A stretch of DNA of 64,000 bases from an uncultured delta proteobacterium (GCA_963754925.1 CAVWHX010000004.1:256001-320000), one strand, 5' to 3'; positions 42,905 to 53,872 are shown, counted from the first letter of the stretch. A program made the numbers and translations. The notes: generated from the sequence alone by a model not told the origin.

Positions 42905-43387
42905 TCAAGGAAACGCTTTAGCCATGCGCAGCGCCTTCTGCCCGTTGGTGTACCGACCATGGTGGGGGTCGATTACTCTGAATCCGCAGCGGGTAAAGAA
43001 AGCGACGCCAGCTTTGTTCGACTCGGCGCAGGTCAGTTGTATCTCCCGCACATCACGCCAATCCGCCATTTGTCTCACCAGGGATACGGTCTGGTCCATC
43101 ATGGACCGGCCAACGCCCTGTCGCTGCATCCCCGGCACTACCGCAATCGCGAGAACATCGGCGATCCATGAATCACGCTCCCGATTACCCGCACTCCACG
43201 GTAAAAATCCCATCATCAAAAAACCGACCATCTTCCGTGCATGCCGAGCGACGTAAGTGGTAACCCCTTGGGTATTGAAAAAGCGCGGCAGCAACCGCAC
43301 ATACGCTTCGTATCTGGAGAAGGCTTCCTCGGCAATAGCTTGGATGCTATCTAAATCCTTCCGTTGGCTGGGTTCGACCACTACCAT
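42905..43387 (-). CDS. GNAT family N-acetyltransferase
   Basis: IAVVPGMQRQGVG, N..G..FF..CGF. Confidence 0.9.
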   Translation of the reverse strand: MVVVEPSQRKDLDSIQAIAEEAFSRYEAYVRLLPRFFNTQGVTTYVARHARKMVGFLMMGFLPWSAGNRERDSWIADVLAIAVVPGMQRQGVGRSMMDQTVSLVRQMADWRDVREIQLTCAESNKAGVAFFTRCGFRVIDPHHGRYTNGQKALRMAKAFP

Positions 43388-43536
43388 GACATAACCATAG
43401 AATGTTTTTTATAACGATTGCCAACGAAAATTTTTTATATCTTGATATACAATAGTGATTTAATTATTGACGCCACCGCAACCATGGGCCAACGCGACGT
43501 ATCGGTGTTTATCCGATAGAGCGGGAAACCGGACTG

Positions 43537-45175
43537 CTACCGTATTGCAAATATCAACACGATCCAAGACTCCCCCGGCGTCTGGGAGAGGGAAGCCTGC
43601 GCCACACCCACGCCCAGGCGGTTGAGGTTCTCGTCAAGAACCTCTGGCGCGGCCAACACCCGCTGCAGCTGGCCGGTTAAAAAGTAGCGGATGCGCGGGT
43701 CATTCAATTCGAGGCGTTTTCGAAGCTCACCGAAGAGGCGCTCACCCTCGGCTGCAACCTGAGCATTTTTCTGCATTGCTAAGCGTCGGGCGCTCTGGCG
43801 AGCGGCCTGGGAGAGTTGTTCATCCGCGCCGAGAACCAACAGCCCACGCTGCTTGCGCGCCTGGTTGATGGCATCGTGCACCCGCCGGGCCAGGGTTGCG
43901 ACATCCCCGGTGTCGGGAGATTCGATAAAGACCTCAGTGACTGCCAGAAAGTCCTCTTCAGTTTGCCGTTCCATGGCTATCCCGACGCCAAGGCGCTGCA
44001 CACTGGGATCAAGGACATTAAGCCGATGGCCCGGGCTTTCGAGAATGCGCTCGTGGGCCGCCTCGGGACTGCTTCCGAGCGCCACGTTTTCGAGCGCCCG
44101 CATGAATACCACCTTGCGTTTCCGGAGCCGGTCTGACAGAGCTCCCGAGGCGGCCGTGCGATGCACGGCGTGCCGATCAACTAAAAGCTGGAGCGAGTGC
44201 TCGCGCGCCACCGCGCTGAGCTGTTCGTCGAGTTGCAAGGGGGGAAGATTCTGCTTAGCCCGCGCTTGATTGATGAGCTGCGCGAGCGCCCGCTCGGAAT
44301 CGCCCGGGTTGTTATACCGGTTGGGCGCGAGAGGGAGCTTGGCGGTGGGCAACGCATCGGGCGCAACGCCGACATAGAGGGGAACCAGCGCCGCAACCTC
44401 GGGGCCGCTCGGCCCCTGGACGATAAGCTCTAACTGGTAGATTCCCCGGCCGTAGTCGAAGCTTAACCGTTCCGCGCCAAACTCCCGCCTCGTACAACAG
44501 CGTATCGGACTCCACTCCCCCGCTCGGTAATCCCAGCAGCAAGCGCGGATAGTTGTAGTCCTCCCGCAGCTGCGCGCGCAGAGCGACCCGCGACCCTGGT
44601 TCCGGGCACACGGGCAGCGGGTCAAGCCGGGCCGGCCGCCGGCCGATCAAGAGCGTCGTGATTACCTTTTGCCGGTCTTTACTGAGGGCCACGCCCAACC
44701 CGAAATGCGTGTAACGATTGGGGGCGACCCCATCGTCCAAGAACTGCAGCAGGCCCGCCGGCACCTCTTTGTCCGGGCTGACCGCCGAAAATGGCAACAT
44801 GGCCGCATCGGTCACCCCGCGATCGCGCAGCTCCAAGCGCAAGCGATCAATCGACAGGGAGCGCTCTAGCGGCAGGTCGGCTTGCAGCAGGTGTTCGCTC
44901 CACAAGCGCGCCACGCGAGCGTAACGCGCATCCCATGAAAGCTTAACGCCGTGCTCGCGGCACCAACTCTGCACCGCGGCATTGAAGACTTCCTCGTCCG
45001 GAGAGCAAACAAACCGTTCCTCGCGCTCGTAGTTTTGGGTGCAGGTGACGTTCGCTTCATCCTGAGCCGCGGCTGGCTCGCACAGCACCAATAGCGCTAG
45101 ACTCGCCGTCAGCACTAACACTGACGACGATCGTTGAAAAATTGTTTTAAGGATTCTCACCCGCGCCTCGCACAT
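43537..45175 (-). CDS. secreted CAP/SCP-domain protein, frameshift near 44460
   Basis: LINQARAKQNLPPL..D..LS.VAREHS, ENVA, SPGHR.N.L, GVGIA, then a second degenerate CAP domain; the signal-bearing N-terminal half is in ORF 44312..45235. Confidence 0.78.
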
Positions 45176-45331
45176 AAATGCTCCGTGTTCCCCTAAATTG
45201 TGAAACAAGATATCAGAATTCAGCCAATCCGGCAAAGATATAAAGCTTGTGCGGCAAGCACCTACATTGACAGATCGGGCGATATTGAGTTATTATGTAT
45301 TGATAATATCTTGCGCACGCGGAGGTATTGT

Positions 45332-46879
45332 ATGCAGCGATGTTGGATAATCGGGCTTATGTTTTTTGCCGCTATTTGTTTTTCGTGCTCCAGTAAAAGT
45401 AACAACGGGGGTAATGGGGGCGGGGGTGGTGACGGTACCAACCCACCGGGACCGGATATTGTAGTTGGAGATCCTATAACCGTTGATGACGTAGAAACGG
45501 CTGACTCGACAGTCACTCCCGCTTCAATTAGTCTCGCCCCTACACCTGATGGACAGTGGGCGGTTGCTTATTATAGAGCTGGTCAACTAGTACCTAATGG
45601 TTGTACGGCTCCTATCACGGGCGGGGGATTCACACCAGACATGCTGGATGAAGTTAGTTACGCTTGGTTCGATGGCGCCAACTGGAATCGCGAAACGGTG
45701 GATCAAATCCATTCCAGCTTTCTAGGAGGTATATCATTAGTATTTAATAAAGCTAATCCGGCCCAAGCGTTGATAGCATACTTAGGTGGTCCTGATTCAA
45801 GTCAATGCTGTGGCGGGAGTAAATTGATTCAAGCATCTCGTATTGCAGCAAGCAACTGGAACATTAGCAATCCACCAATTGTTAGTAGCTCTGGCCAGGC
45901 TGCATCTGGTACTGACTCGAACGGAATTCCTAATTGCCCTGAGGATCAGAATCTTTGTAATATTGGCGATATGGTTGGCCTTTGGCCGTCACAGGCAGTC
46001 GCTCCGGACGGAACGATAGGTATCGTCTATAAAGACTTGCATCTTTGTTATGCTATAACAGACGTGGATAAATCAGATGTTGAATTGGCTTATACAAATG
46101 GAAGTAACTGGGCGCACGAATGGATAGATCTCGGAAGAGGAGGAGGAAGTTATAGCAGACTCGTGTATGATAGCAACAATGTGCCGGCGGTTGCTTTTTA
46201 TAACGGTCCAATTGGGAGCATCTTTTTTTCCAAACGCGGCGCCAGTCAATGGCCCTGGGATTACTGCGGGAAATTTGGAACTCAACAATATCAATGCCTA
46301 CCGGGCTACACATGTGATAATGGTGGATCTCAACCTAGTATGCGGTGTGGCATTGAAGTGGCCACCAACGTCAGCGGCCTGCCGGAAGGTTCTCTGTCCC
46401 TCGCCATCGGACCGGATGGGAGCTATTTGCTCGCACATTTTGATCCCAAAAACTTTAACTTAGTTTTTTCTTATTCAACCGACGGCGTTACTTGGCAATC
46501 GGGCGCAATTGACACCGATGGCTCAATCGGAATGTACCCAAATGTGATGATTCATCCAACTACCAAGAAACCGGTTGTTGTTTATTACCGCTGCGGCGAT
46601 TATACGGACGGTCTTAATTGCAACATGAACAGCGATGGATTACGACTAGCCGTTTTTGTCGGAAACTATCCGGGTGATCTTACGACAAAGGCTAAGTGGA
46701 AGCGGTACGATGAACAATACTTTCCGTTTGATAAATCTGCAAGGGATGGATCTTTTGCTTCAGCGGCCATTCAACCTGATGGCACAATCGGTGTAGCTTA
46801 TTTATATTCATGGGTTAACTCGTCAAGTGTAACTCAAAACATTATCAGATTCCGGACCATTACTTTGAAAAATAACTAA
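45332..46879 (+). CDS. hypothetical lipoprotein (possible beta-propeller/BNR-like)
   Basis: GGAGG RBS, lipobox-like CFSC, repeated Y...DG..W....D motifs. Confidence 0.65.
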   Translation: MQRCWIIGLMFFAAICFSCSSKSNNGGNGGGGGDGTNPPGPDIVVGDPITVDDVETADSTVTPASISLAPTPDGQWAVAYYRAGQLVPNGCTAPITGGGFTPDMLDEVSYAWFDGANWNRETVDQIHSSFLGGISLVFNKANPAQALIAYLGGPDSSQCCGGSKLIQASRIAASNWNISNPPIVSSSGQAASGTDSNGIPNCPEDQNLCNIGDMVGLWPSQAVAPDGTIGIVYKDLHLCYAITDVDKSDVELAYTNGSNWAHEWIDLGRGGGSYSRLVYDSNNVPAVAFYNGPIGSIFFSKRGASQWPWDYCGKFGTQQYQCLPGYTCDNGGSQPSMRCGIEVATNVSGLPEGSLSLAIGPDGSYLLAHFDPKNFNLVFSYSTDGVTWQSGAIDTDGSIGMYPNVMIHPTTKKPVVVYYRCGDYTDGLNCNMNSDGLRLAVFVGNYPGDLTTKAKWKRYDEQYFPFDKSARDGSFASAAIQPDGTIGVAYLYSWVNSSSVTQNIIRFRTITLKNN

Positions 46880-46889
46880 GGAGACTCCC

Positions 46890-47336
46890 ATGCATCGATT
46901 GTTCGGCCTCCTATTATTGCCTGCCGTCCTCCTTTTCGGTTGCAGCGGAGGAGGCAAATGCCCATCCGGCAGCGAGTGCAAGTACGACAGTTGTGCATGC
47001 ACCGAGGTCAGTTGCCAGTACTACAGCGATGGAATCAGAGTGATATACATGAACGGTACGGCCTACACCGCAATAATCGGAATTGATACAACCGGAATCA
47101 ATCCAATTCAAGGTCATGAATTTACGGGAAGTGATATAGGCAATATCGTAACGTTAACTAGTCCGAGCAACGGGTGGACAGACCTTTCAGATCAGAGTCA
47201 CTGCACGATCAATACATTTGGAGGATCAGGTGGCCAGCTTGAAGGAAGTTGTACATTCATATTCGATAAAGTAGGCATCGGAACTTTCAACGCTTATATG
47301 CCGTTCAGCTGCACTTTAGAGGCCGCTCCCCTTTAG
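46890..47336 (+). CDS. small Cys-containing lipoprotein
   Basis: AAGGAG RBS; lipobox LFGC. Confidence 0.65.
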   Translation: MHRLFGLLLLPAVLLFGCSGGGKCPSGSECKYDSCACTEVSCQYYSDGIRVIYMNGTAYTAIIGIDTTGINPIQGHEFTGSDIGNIVTLTSPSNGWTDLSDQSHCTINTFGGSGGQLEGSCTFIFDKVGIGTFNAYMPFSCTLEAAPL

Positions 47337-47366
47337 TTGGGTGTCGAGTTTGATTCCGCAAGAGAT

Positions 47367-47555
47367 TTAGGTGTGTTTCTCAAGGTGTTCCTGAAAAGAG
47401 CTTTCTACATTTTGAAGACGGGTTTCGTGATAATTGGTGATGGAAGTCAATAACCCTGTGTTCTGTTTTATTTCTTTCACATCTTTTTTGATCTCACCGA
47501 TGTCGGATTCAACGTGATAAATATGCTTTTCCACATGACCTATCCGGTTCTCCAT
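47367..47555 (-). CDS. small coiled-coil hypothetical protein, start uncertain
   Basis: Heptad pattern IGHVEKHIYHVESDIGEIKKDVKEIK; the frame stays open upstream to an ATA near 47612. Confidence 0.4.
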   Translation of the reverse strand: MENRIGHVEKHIYHVESDIGEIKKDVKEIKQNTGLLTSITNYHETRLQNVESSFQEHLEKHT

Positions 47556-49255
47556 CAGATAAATCTTATCGAGCGTCTCTTCAATATGGTTATTGCTGGA
47601 TTTACTTGCTATGATTCTTACCTTATAGAAGAATTCTCAGCGCAAAAATCGAAGCAAACTAGCATCTGAGATTTATTTGGTCAATGGGTATAGATCTCTT
47701 ACTCCCAACTAGTCGATAATACTACAATAAAAATTATTAAAATTCGTCTCTATCCTTTTAAAAGATGCTATTTTGTCCTTGCAAGGCGAAAGCCTATATT
47801 GCCAAACTTGTCGTACGGGTTGTCGGTGCCCACGTCGCCAATCGGAAGGAGATCGGCGTAGTTGAACCAGCTCCCGCCGCGTAACACGCGGCTATATCCT
47901 GGGTACCAGTCAAAACACCACTCCCATACATTGCCGCTCATGTCATATATACCCAAGGCATTAGCGATTTTGCCTTTCACCGGTTGGGTTGTTGTTGTGT
48001 TACCGGTCCCTTGGGTAAGACTGAACCCAAACCATGCGACAGCATTGTCGGCATTGAAATCAGTATTATCCGCTATCGCTCCGCTGGCGTAACTGCCCGG
48101 CGTCCAATAAATGCCGATATTAGATATACCCCATCCTGGATTTGTCATGCCTATATATCGAGCCGCGCACTCCCATTCCATACTCCCTGGCAGTTTGAAC
48201 CCATTGGCATCGGAGTTGACATAAGGATTGTCTTCAGTACCCAAAGCAGTGGTAATAGTAGTGCTATTATCCACGATCCGGATAGGAGTGATCTGATCCG
48301 CAACAGTATAAACCGCTGTAAGCCCGGCTAACTCACTGGCGGCATTACACCACACCATGGCATCCCGCCAGTTGATGGTGGTTACGGGGTCTTGGTTTGT
48401 GCCTATCGGACCTGTATTGACATCGCCACCCTGTCTACCTGGATTGGCAAATGTATATCCGTTTGATGTAGCCCAGGTGTATACGGCACTCCACAACTCG
48501 TAGGTCACCTCTATTTCACCCATCCAGAATGCGCTCACCGTTTGGCTGCTTCCTGAATCATTTGTACCGGTAGGGAAGGTGCCTCCTGGTACATATTTCA
48601 TGTTGAAAGTGACGCCTGCTATTGAAGGAGGGCAGCATCCACCGCCACCTACACAGGCTGTTATCGGTGTGTTCACGCACGTTGCCGTGCAGGTGCCGGC
48701 GTTTTGAAGCGCCGAGGCGGTGCAGGAGTTAGGAGACGTGCAGCTCGTTGGGCATGCGCCTGGTTGACCAGCGGGAATTCCCGTGTCGCAGGTCTCACCA
48801 ACCGATACTACTCCGTCGCCGCAGCGGATAGAGCAATCATTATCGTTGCTAATGTTACAGTTGGACGGGCAACAACCATCGTCGTTCACGCATCCAAGAG
48901 ACAAAGAGCACTCATTGATTTTAACATTTTGAGTAAATATTGCGCCTGAGTTGTCAACTCTGTTCATATCTTTACCCTGCCTGGTGTCATCCTTTACCAT
49001 CACCTTGACCGTAAGTGTTTCGCTATCTGTGGTTGGTATGCTGGGAACCAACACTACGTTGTTCACCACATTGTTTGTTAACCAGGCGTTGCTTTTGTTG
49101 CTATCGCTCTCATCCACTTTCAAGGTCAGCCAATTCAATTTTCCTGAGGTATCATTCGTAAACGACCAGGCGTATGGCGTTGACGTGCCCCCCGAAAACT
49201 GGACCATTTTCAATGAGAGTTCCTTCGGCTAGAATGCCGGAAAGGAGCTTGCTCA

Positions 49256-49522
49256 ATGAAAGGGAAACGGTTTTCTGAGGATAAGATCATCGGGATATTG
49301 AAAGAAGCCGAAGCGGGGGTGAAGCTGTCTGATCTGTGTCGTACGCATGGCTTCTGCGAACAAACGTACTACCGTTGGAAATCCAAGTACGGCGGGATGG
49401 ACGTCAGCGAGGCGCGGCGGCTGAAGCAGCTTGAGGAAGAAAACCGAAGGCTGAAGCGTGCCGTGGCCGATCTCACTCTCGACAACCAGATCTTGAGGGA
49501 TATCAACTCAAGAAAATGGTGA
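49256..49522 (+). CDS. IS3 transposase OrfA
   Basis: RFSEDKIIGILKE...TYYRWKSKYGGM...LEEENRRLK. Confidence 0.95.
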   Translation: MKGKRFSEDKIIGILKEAEAGVKLSDLCRTHGFCEQTYYRWKSKYGGMDVSEARRLKQLEEENRRLKRAVADLTLDNQILRDINSRKW

Positions 49523-50427
49523 AGCCCGCAGCGCGAAAGCAGGCCGTTGTGCATGCCCGCGAGGAATTTGGGGTGAGCGAACGACGCGCCTGCGGGCTGA
49601 TGAGGATCGGGCGATCGAGCTTTCGGTACCGTTCGGTAGGCCAACTGTATCCGCAGTTGCGGGAGCGTCTTTTAGAGCTTGCGGCGCAGCGGGTACGCTT
49701 CGGATATCGACGGTTGCAGGTGTTATTGCGGCGGGAAGGGTATGTGGTGAATCACAAGCGGGTGTATCGGCTGTATCGGCAAGAGGGATTGAGCGTGAGG
49801 AAGAAGCAGCGCAAGAGATACCGGAGCATCGCGCGGCAGCCGCTGCGTCTTCCGGAAGGACTCAACGAGCGATGGTCGATGGATTTTCTATCTGATTGTC
49901 TCTCAGATGGGCGACGGTTGAAGGTGTTGAGCGTGCTGGATGAATTCAGTCGAGAGAGTCTTGCCTTACCCGTAGACACGTCCATTTCCGGCAGCCGGGT
50001 GGCCAGGATTTTGGACGATATTGCCGCTGAACGGGGTAGGTATCCCGAAGCGATGGTGACGGATAACGGTCCGGAGTTCACGAGTCGTGCGCTGGACCTC
50101 TGGGCGTACCGGCATGGGGTGCAGTTGCATTTTATCGAGCCAGGCAAGCCGGTGCAGAATGCCCTGATCGAAAGCTTCAACGGCAAATTTCGAGATGAAT
50201 GTCTCAATCAACATTGGTTTATAAATCTACAAGATGCTCGTAATAAAATCGAATCATGGCGGATGGATTACAATCATGTGCGGCCACACAGCTCGCTCGG
50301 ACAGGAGACACCGGCGGAGTTCGCGCGACAGTTTTCAGAGCTTCGGTCGCCTCCGGCTCCCTTCGCTCTGAAAACTGTTGTTGCTATGGATAAAGGAACG
50401 ATGGTTAACCATGAACAACTCTCATAG
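49516..50427 (+). CDS. IS3 transposase OrfB (DDE integrase core)
   Basis: RFGYRRL, WSMDF, DNGPEF, PGKP.QN..IESFNG..RDECLN, RPHSSL. Confidence 0.96.
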   Translation: MVKPAARKQAVVHAREEFGVSERRACGLMRIGRSSFRYRSVGQLYPQLRERLLELAAQRVRFGYRRLQVLLRREGYVVNHKRVYRLYRQEGLSVRKKQRKRYRSIARQPLRLPEGLNERWSMDFLSDCLSDGRRLKVLSVLDEFSRESLALPVDTSISGSRVARILDDIAAERGRYPEAMVTDNGPEFTSRALDLWAYRHGVQLHFIEPGKPVQNALIESFNGKFRDECLNQHWFINLQDARNKIESWRMDYNHVRPHSSLGQETPAEFARQFSELRSPPAPFALKTVVAMDKGTMVNHEQLS

Positions 50428-50914
50428 AGAGTGGTCCTATGAACGGGGGCACGTCAGCGTTTCGCCTCCTGTTGCCGTTAGCTCAATACTATAATTTGTT
50501 TGCCCAACCATCGGGTCTTTCCAACCTCCAGGGGAAGTTATCGTTATCGTCAAGGGAGCTACCAGAACACACTTGCCACAGGCATCCATAGAACAGGAGT
50601 GCAGGCCTTCGGAAGTAGTCAGACATTGATCATTGCTCGTACAGCAGTAATCACTGCTTGTGGCACACCCTCCCAACACCAAGAGCACCATGGTAATAGT
50701 AGTAATAATCAGAATATATTTTCTCACGATTATTCCTCCAAATAGGAATGCTGTCACCGAATTCTTACAAGCTAATCCGATATATTTGTTATAAATAATA
50801 ACCTCTTCTGTTTTTAGCGTCAAGGTGTATTGACGATTCGTGTACGATCTCTTCATCATGACCTTGAATCATGCTATGTAGATGGTCGCGTTAAATTATC
50901 ATGCAACTATGTAG

Positions 50915-50930
50915 AGCAATCGTCGTGCCA
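50915..50930 (-). promoter_or_regulatory. sigma54 (-24/-12) promoter for the FGE lipoprotein gene
   Basis: Minus strand reads TGGCACGACGATTGCT, a full match to TGGCACG-N4-TTGCW. Confidence 0.8.
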
Positions 50931-51048
50931 TACTTATAAGCAAATATAATTGGGCGCCTATAATTACGATAACATATTATTATATATAGGCTAATTGTAT
51001 AAATCCAAAGAAGAAATCGGGGCGGAGATTCTTGCCTATTCCATCCCC

Positions 51049-51086
51049 TGTCCGAGTTTCGGACACATGAGGTCGAAAATCGGACA
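51049..51086. promoter_or_regulatory. putative enhancer (UAS) for a sigma54 activator
   Basis: Palindrome TGTCCGA-GTT-TCGGACA (51049-51065) and a degenerate copy GGTCGAAAATCGGACA (51071-51086). Confidence 0.55.
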
Positions 51087-51161
51087 GGTTTTGAGTGAGC
51101 CAATTTCTCTGATTAAATTACAAGCCTGTCTAATCAATATGTTGCACCATCTCATTGGTCC

Positions 51162-51176
51162 TGGCACCATTTCTGC
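51162..51176 (+). promoter_or_regulatory. sigma54 (-24/-12) promoter for the LysM-metallophosphoesterase gene
   Basis: TGGCACCATTTCTGC (GG-N10-GC). Confidence 0.6.
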
Positions 51177-51240
51177 CTTTGATGTACTATAGATGTAAAT
51201 ATTCTCTGGCGAATTGTGTTACCGGCTGCGGAGACCTTTT

Positions 51241-53386
51241 ATGTTTTGGACTCTTTCCAATTTCGCTATGACCATTGATATCGTCGAACCGTCTTCCTCA
51301 TATCCCGACGACAAGAACATGGTTTTTACGACTCCTGATGAGGCAGCGCGGTTTCTTGAAAGGTTTACCATTCGCTGGGACAATTACACGACTGCGCAAA
51401 AAGCGATCATCGCAGCCGGCGAATCGTCACAGTTGCGATCGCATCAGGAAATCGCCGATCAGCTCGCCCGGTTAATCGTTTCAGATCGGTTGCGGTTGCG
51501 AAGGTCGTATCCGTATGAAGACAGAAAATCCCGGACGTCATTCGGAATGCCGCTGGGAGTTTGGGGGCCGCGTAGTACTGTCCAGATTCAGAAACCGACA
51601 ACTACAGCACTGGCGGCTCCGGCGAATGATTGGATCAAGATAAAGATAGTGGACGATCAGACCGGCAAAGCGGTTGCGGGAGTTGAATTGGACTTGAAAG
51701 TCACCGGTGGATTAATTGAACAGCATGAGACACCGTATTCTGGTTTGATCGAGTCGCTTGGTCTGAAACCCGGAGATTGCGAGGTTTCGGGTGATGTTAA
51801 GGATCTCACTCTCAAGAATACCTTACTGTTTGTCGGCGTCGGGGATAAGCCGATTGAGAAATCGAAAGAGGGTGCGAAGGCTGACGGCATTCCCGATCCG
51901 GAGCCGAATAACCGGTACCGAATAGTTAACGTTGAGAAGCACATTGTTCAAAAAGGAGATTCATTCAGGAAGCTAGCAAACGCGGCGGGCATCGCTCGCG
52001 ATGCTTTGGACAAGTTCAATTGGCCCCGGGAAGGAATCTACACGCCGAACGAAGACCTTTATACGTCCGACATCATTTATATTCCGAAGAAGTGGTCCCA
52101 GAAGGGCTTTGAGACCCACCGGGTACATACCATCAGGGTGAAGCGGGAGTTCTTTATTGAGGATGATGTGACAAAAAAGGCAGGCGGCGCCTACCCATCT
52201 CTGAGATACACTCATGATCCCTCACTCGATGGTAGTGGTTTTCGATTCAAGTACGAGGAAGGTGAACTCAAGTGCTCGCATGTGGTCACATTCGATAAAA
52301 GGATCTGTGACGCTTCAGAGGACAAGCGAGCAGCAATCAAGGAGCATGCGAGTTTCATCTATATGGACGTTGGGTGTTGGGTGGACAACGCGGACGGCAA
52401 TCAAACGAAGTGCCGCAACTTTGGCCTAGTGTGTGGCCCGCATGTTTACCTTTGCAAGTATACCGAAGAGAAAAAGGTGCCAAATAGCCGTGTGCCTATC
52501 GTGCAGCAGTTCTTTCGTGAGATGCTAGGCCAGGGATGTGGAATTGAGGTTATTACGTATGCCTACGCTGGCGATGAGACCCGAAGGCCAAAAGAGGATT
52601 CGCAGTTATATTTGTTTCTTGGCGATCTGCACTTGCCTCCTTTGACGTGGTTGATGCGCGCGCCGATACTCGACAAGCTCGGCGATCCTAATATCTTCAA
52701 ACACGCGCACGTTGATCTAGGCACTTTCCTGTTGGGTATTCGACGTCTTTCGCCTAGCACTAAAAAGTTGCTTCATTTTATCCAAACCGGAGATATGTTC
52801 GAGATGTGGATAGGTCATCCGTACCTCTTCAAACAGGGATACAACATGCCAGAATGGGTTGACGACGATGCGCCGAACAGAGCGATTGAATGGGGCAACG
52901 ATGTGATTGACAGCAATGTTTCGACCTTTCGGTCGCTACAAGAGGTATGGGAAGGCGATTTTGCCGAAGTTAGGTTTCTTTGGGGCAATCATGATGACTA
53001 CTTGCGGGAACCTTGTGTAACGGTACAGCTTAGGCAGCCAGATCGGTACGCATATTTTACTGGGCAGAACGGAAATATTTTTTGTGAGCATGGTCATCGA
53101 TTCGACCGGGAGAACTTTGATAATAGAGATGGTGGTAATCTTATCTTAACCACTGGTACTTATTGGTTTCCGCCTCTTCGTGGTTTTGAACCGTTTTTTC
53201 GCTGGGTGCACGGTGTTGGCCATCCTTCAGAACGTGATTCATATCTACTCGGTTCCAGTTTGATTAAATCTTAATATGCGGCTTGATCAACAGAAACAGC
53301 CTTTTACGATCTACGTTATGGCGCACACACATGGCTGCAAAATGTACCGTTGTATTATTGAGCCCAAAATAGGCGAGGAGTTATGA
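51241..53386 (+). CDS. multidomain protein with LysM-like and calcineurin-like (LpxH-like) metallophosphoesterase domains, frameshift near 53268
   Basis: HIVQKGDSFRKLA; FLGDLH, TGDMFEMW, WGNHD, EHGHRFD; the last motif VMAHTH is in the shifted frame ending at 53386. Confidence 0.75.
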
Positions 53387-53872
53387 GTTATGTTAATCAT
53401 GATTGAGAAATGGTACGATCGGCTTTTAGTTTTCCTTGGTTTGAATATATTACTTTGTGTTATTTGTTATATGCCCTTCCTTCTTGAACCTTACGATTCT
53501 TTAGCATTATTACCTTGGATATGTATACCACTCGTGGCTGTAATAGTTATTGGGCTTACAATCAAACAAACGATTCAAAGGATGGGGATTCTGCGTTTTT
53601 TGTTCATTTTTCTTACGGTTCTGATTTCAAATTGTGCTGTCTGGATTGTTCTCCTGGGGATAGCATTTTTTATTGTAGATAAGCTTACATCTTGGAATGC
53701 TGTTTTTATAGTTTTTATCTCACCAATAATGACTTCTTGGTCTCTGGCTTGTTTTATGTTGCTGGCACTTTGGCCTTTCACACCGAAATCAAGTAAATCC
53801 TCAAAACGTTGGAGTAAGATAGCTTCTTTTATAGTAAATGGCCCATCCAAGCACAAAAAGGAGCTAACGTGA
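53383..53872 (+). CDS. small multi-TM membrane protein
   Basis: About four hydrophobic segments in the ORF from ATG 53390 (GAGGAG upstream); directly abuts the upstream gene's corrected stop at 53386; AT-rich. Confidence 0.6.

Larger units (their letters stand above)
49181..50456 (+). mobile_element. IS3-family insertion sequence (IS407-like), 1276 bp
   Basis: IRL TGACGTGCCCCC..., IRR ...GGGGGCACGTCA; 4-bp target duplication GCGT at 49177-49180 and 50457-50460. Confidence 0.96.
47768..50727 (-). pseudogene. lipoprotein with Ig-like, Cys-rich and C-terminal FGE-sulfatase (C-lectin fold) domains, interrupted by IS3
   Basis: GTG 50727 with GGAGG, lipobox LGGC; removing the IS and one GCGT restores ...LTATGGETPYAWS... 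(559 aa); CGDGVVSVGETCD; EWECAAR, NALGIYDMSGNVWEWC, RVLRGGSW, GFRL. Confidence 0.88.

Noticed and set aside
47336..51240. Complete DGR cassette
   Set aside because: No reverse transcriptase, Avd or AAC-rich template repeat seen in the window; only the variable-region-like tail is reported.
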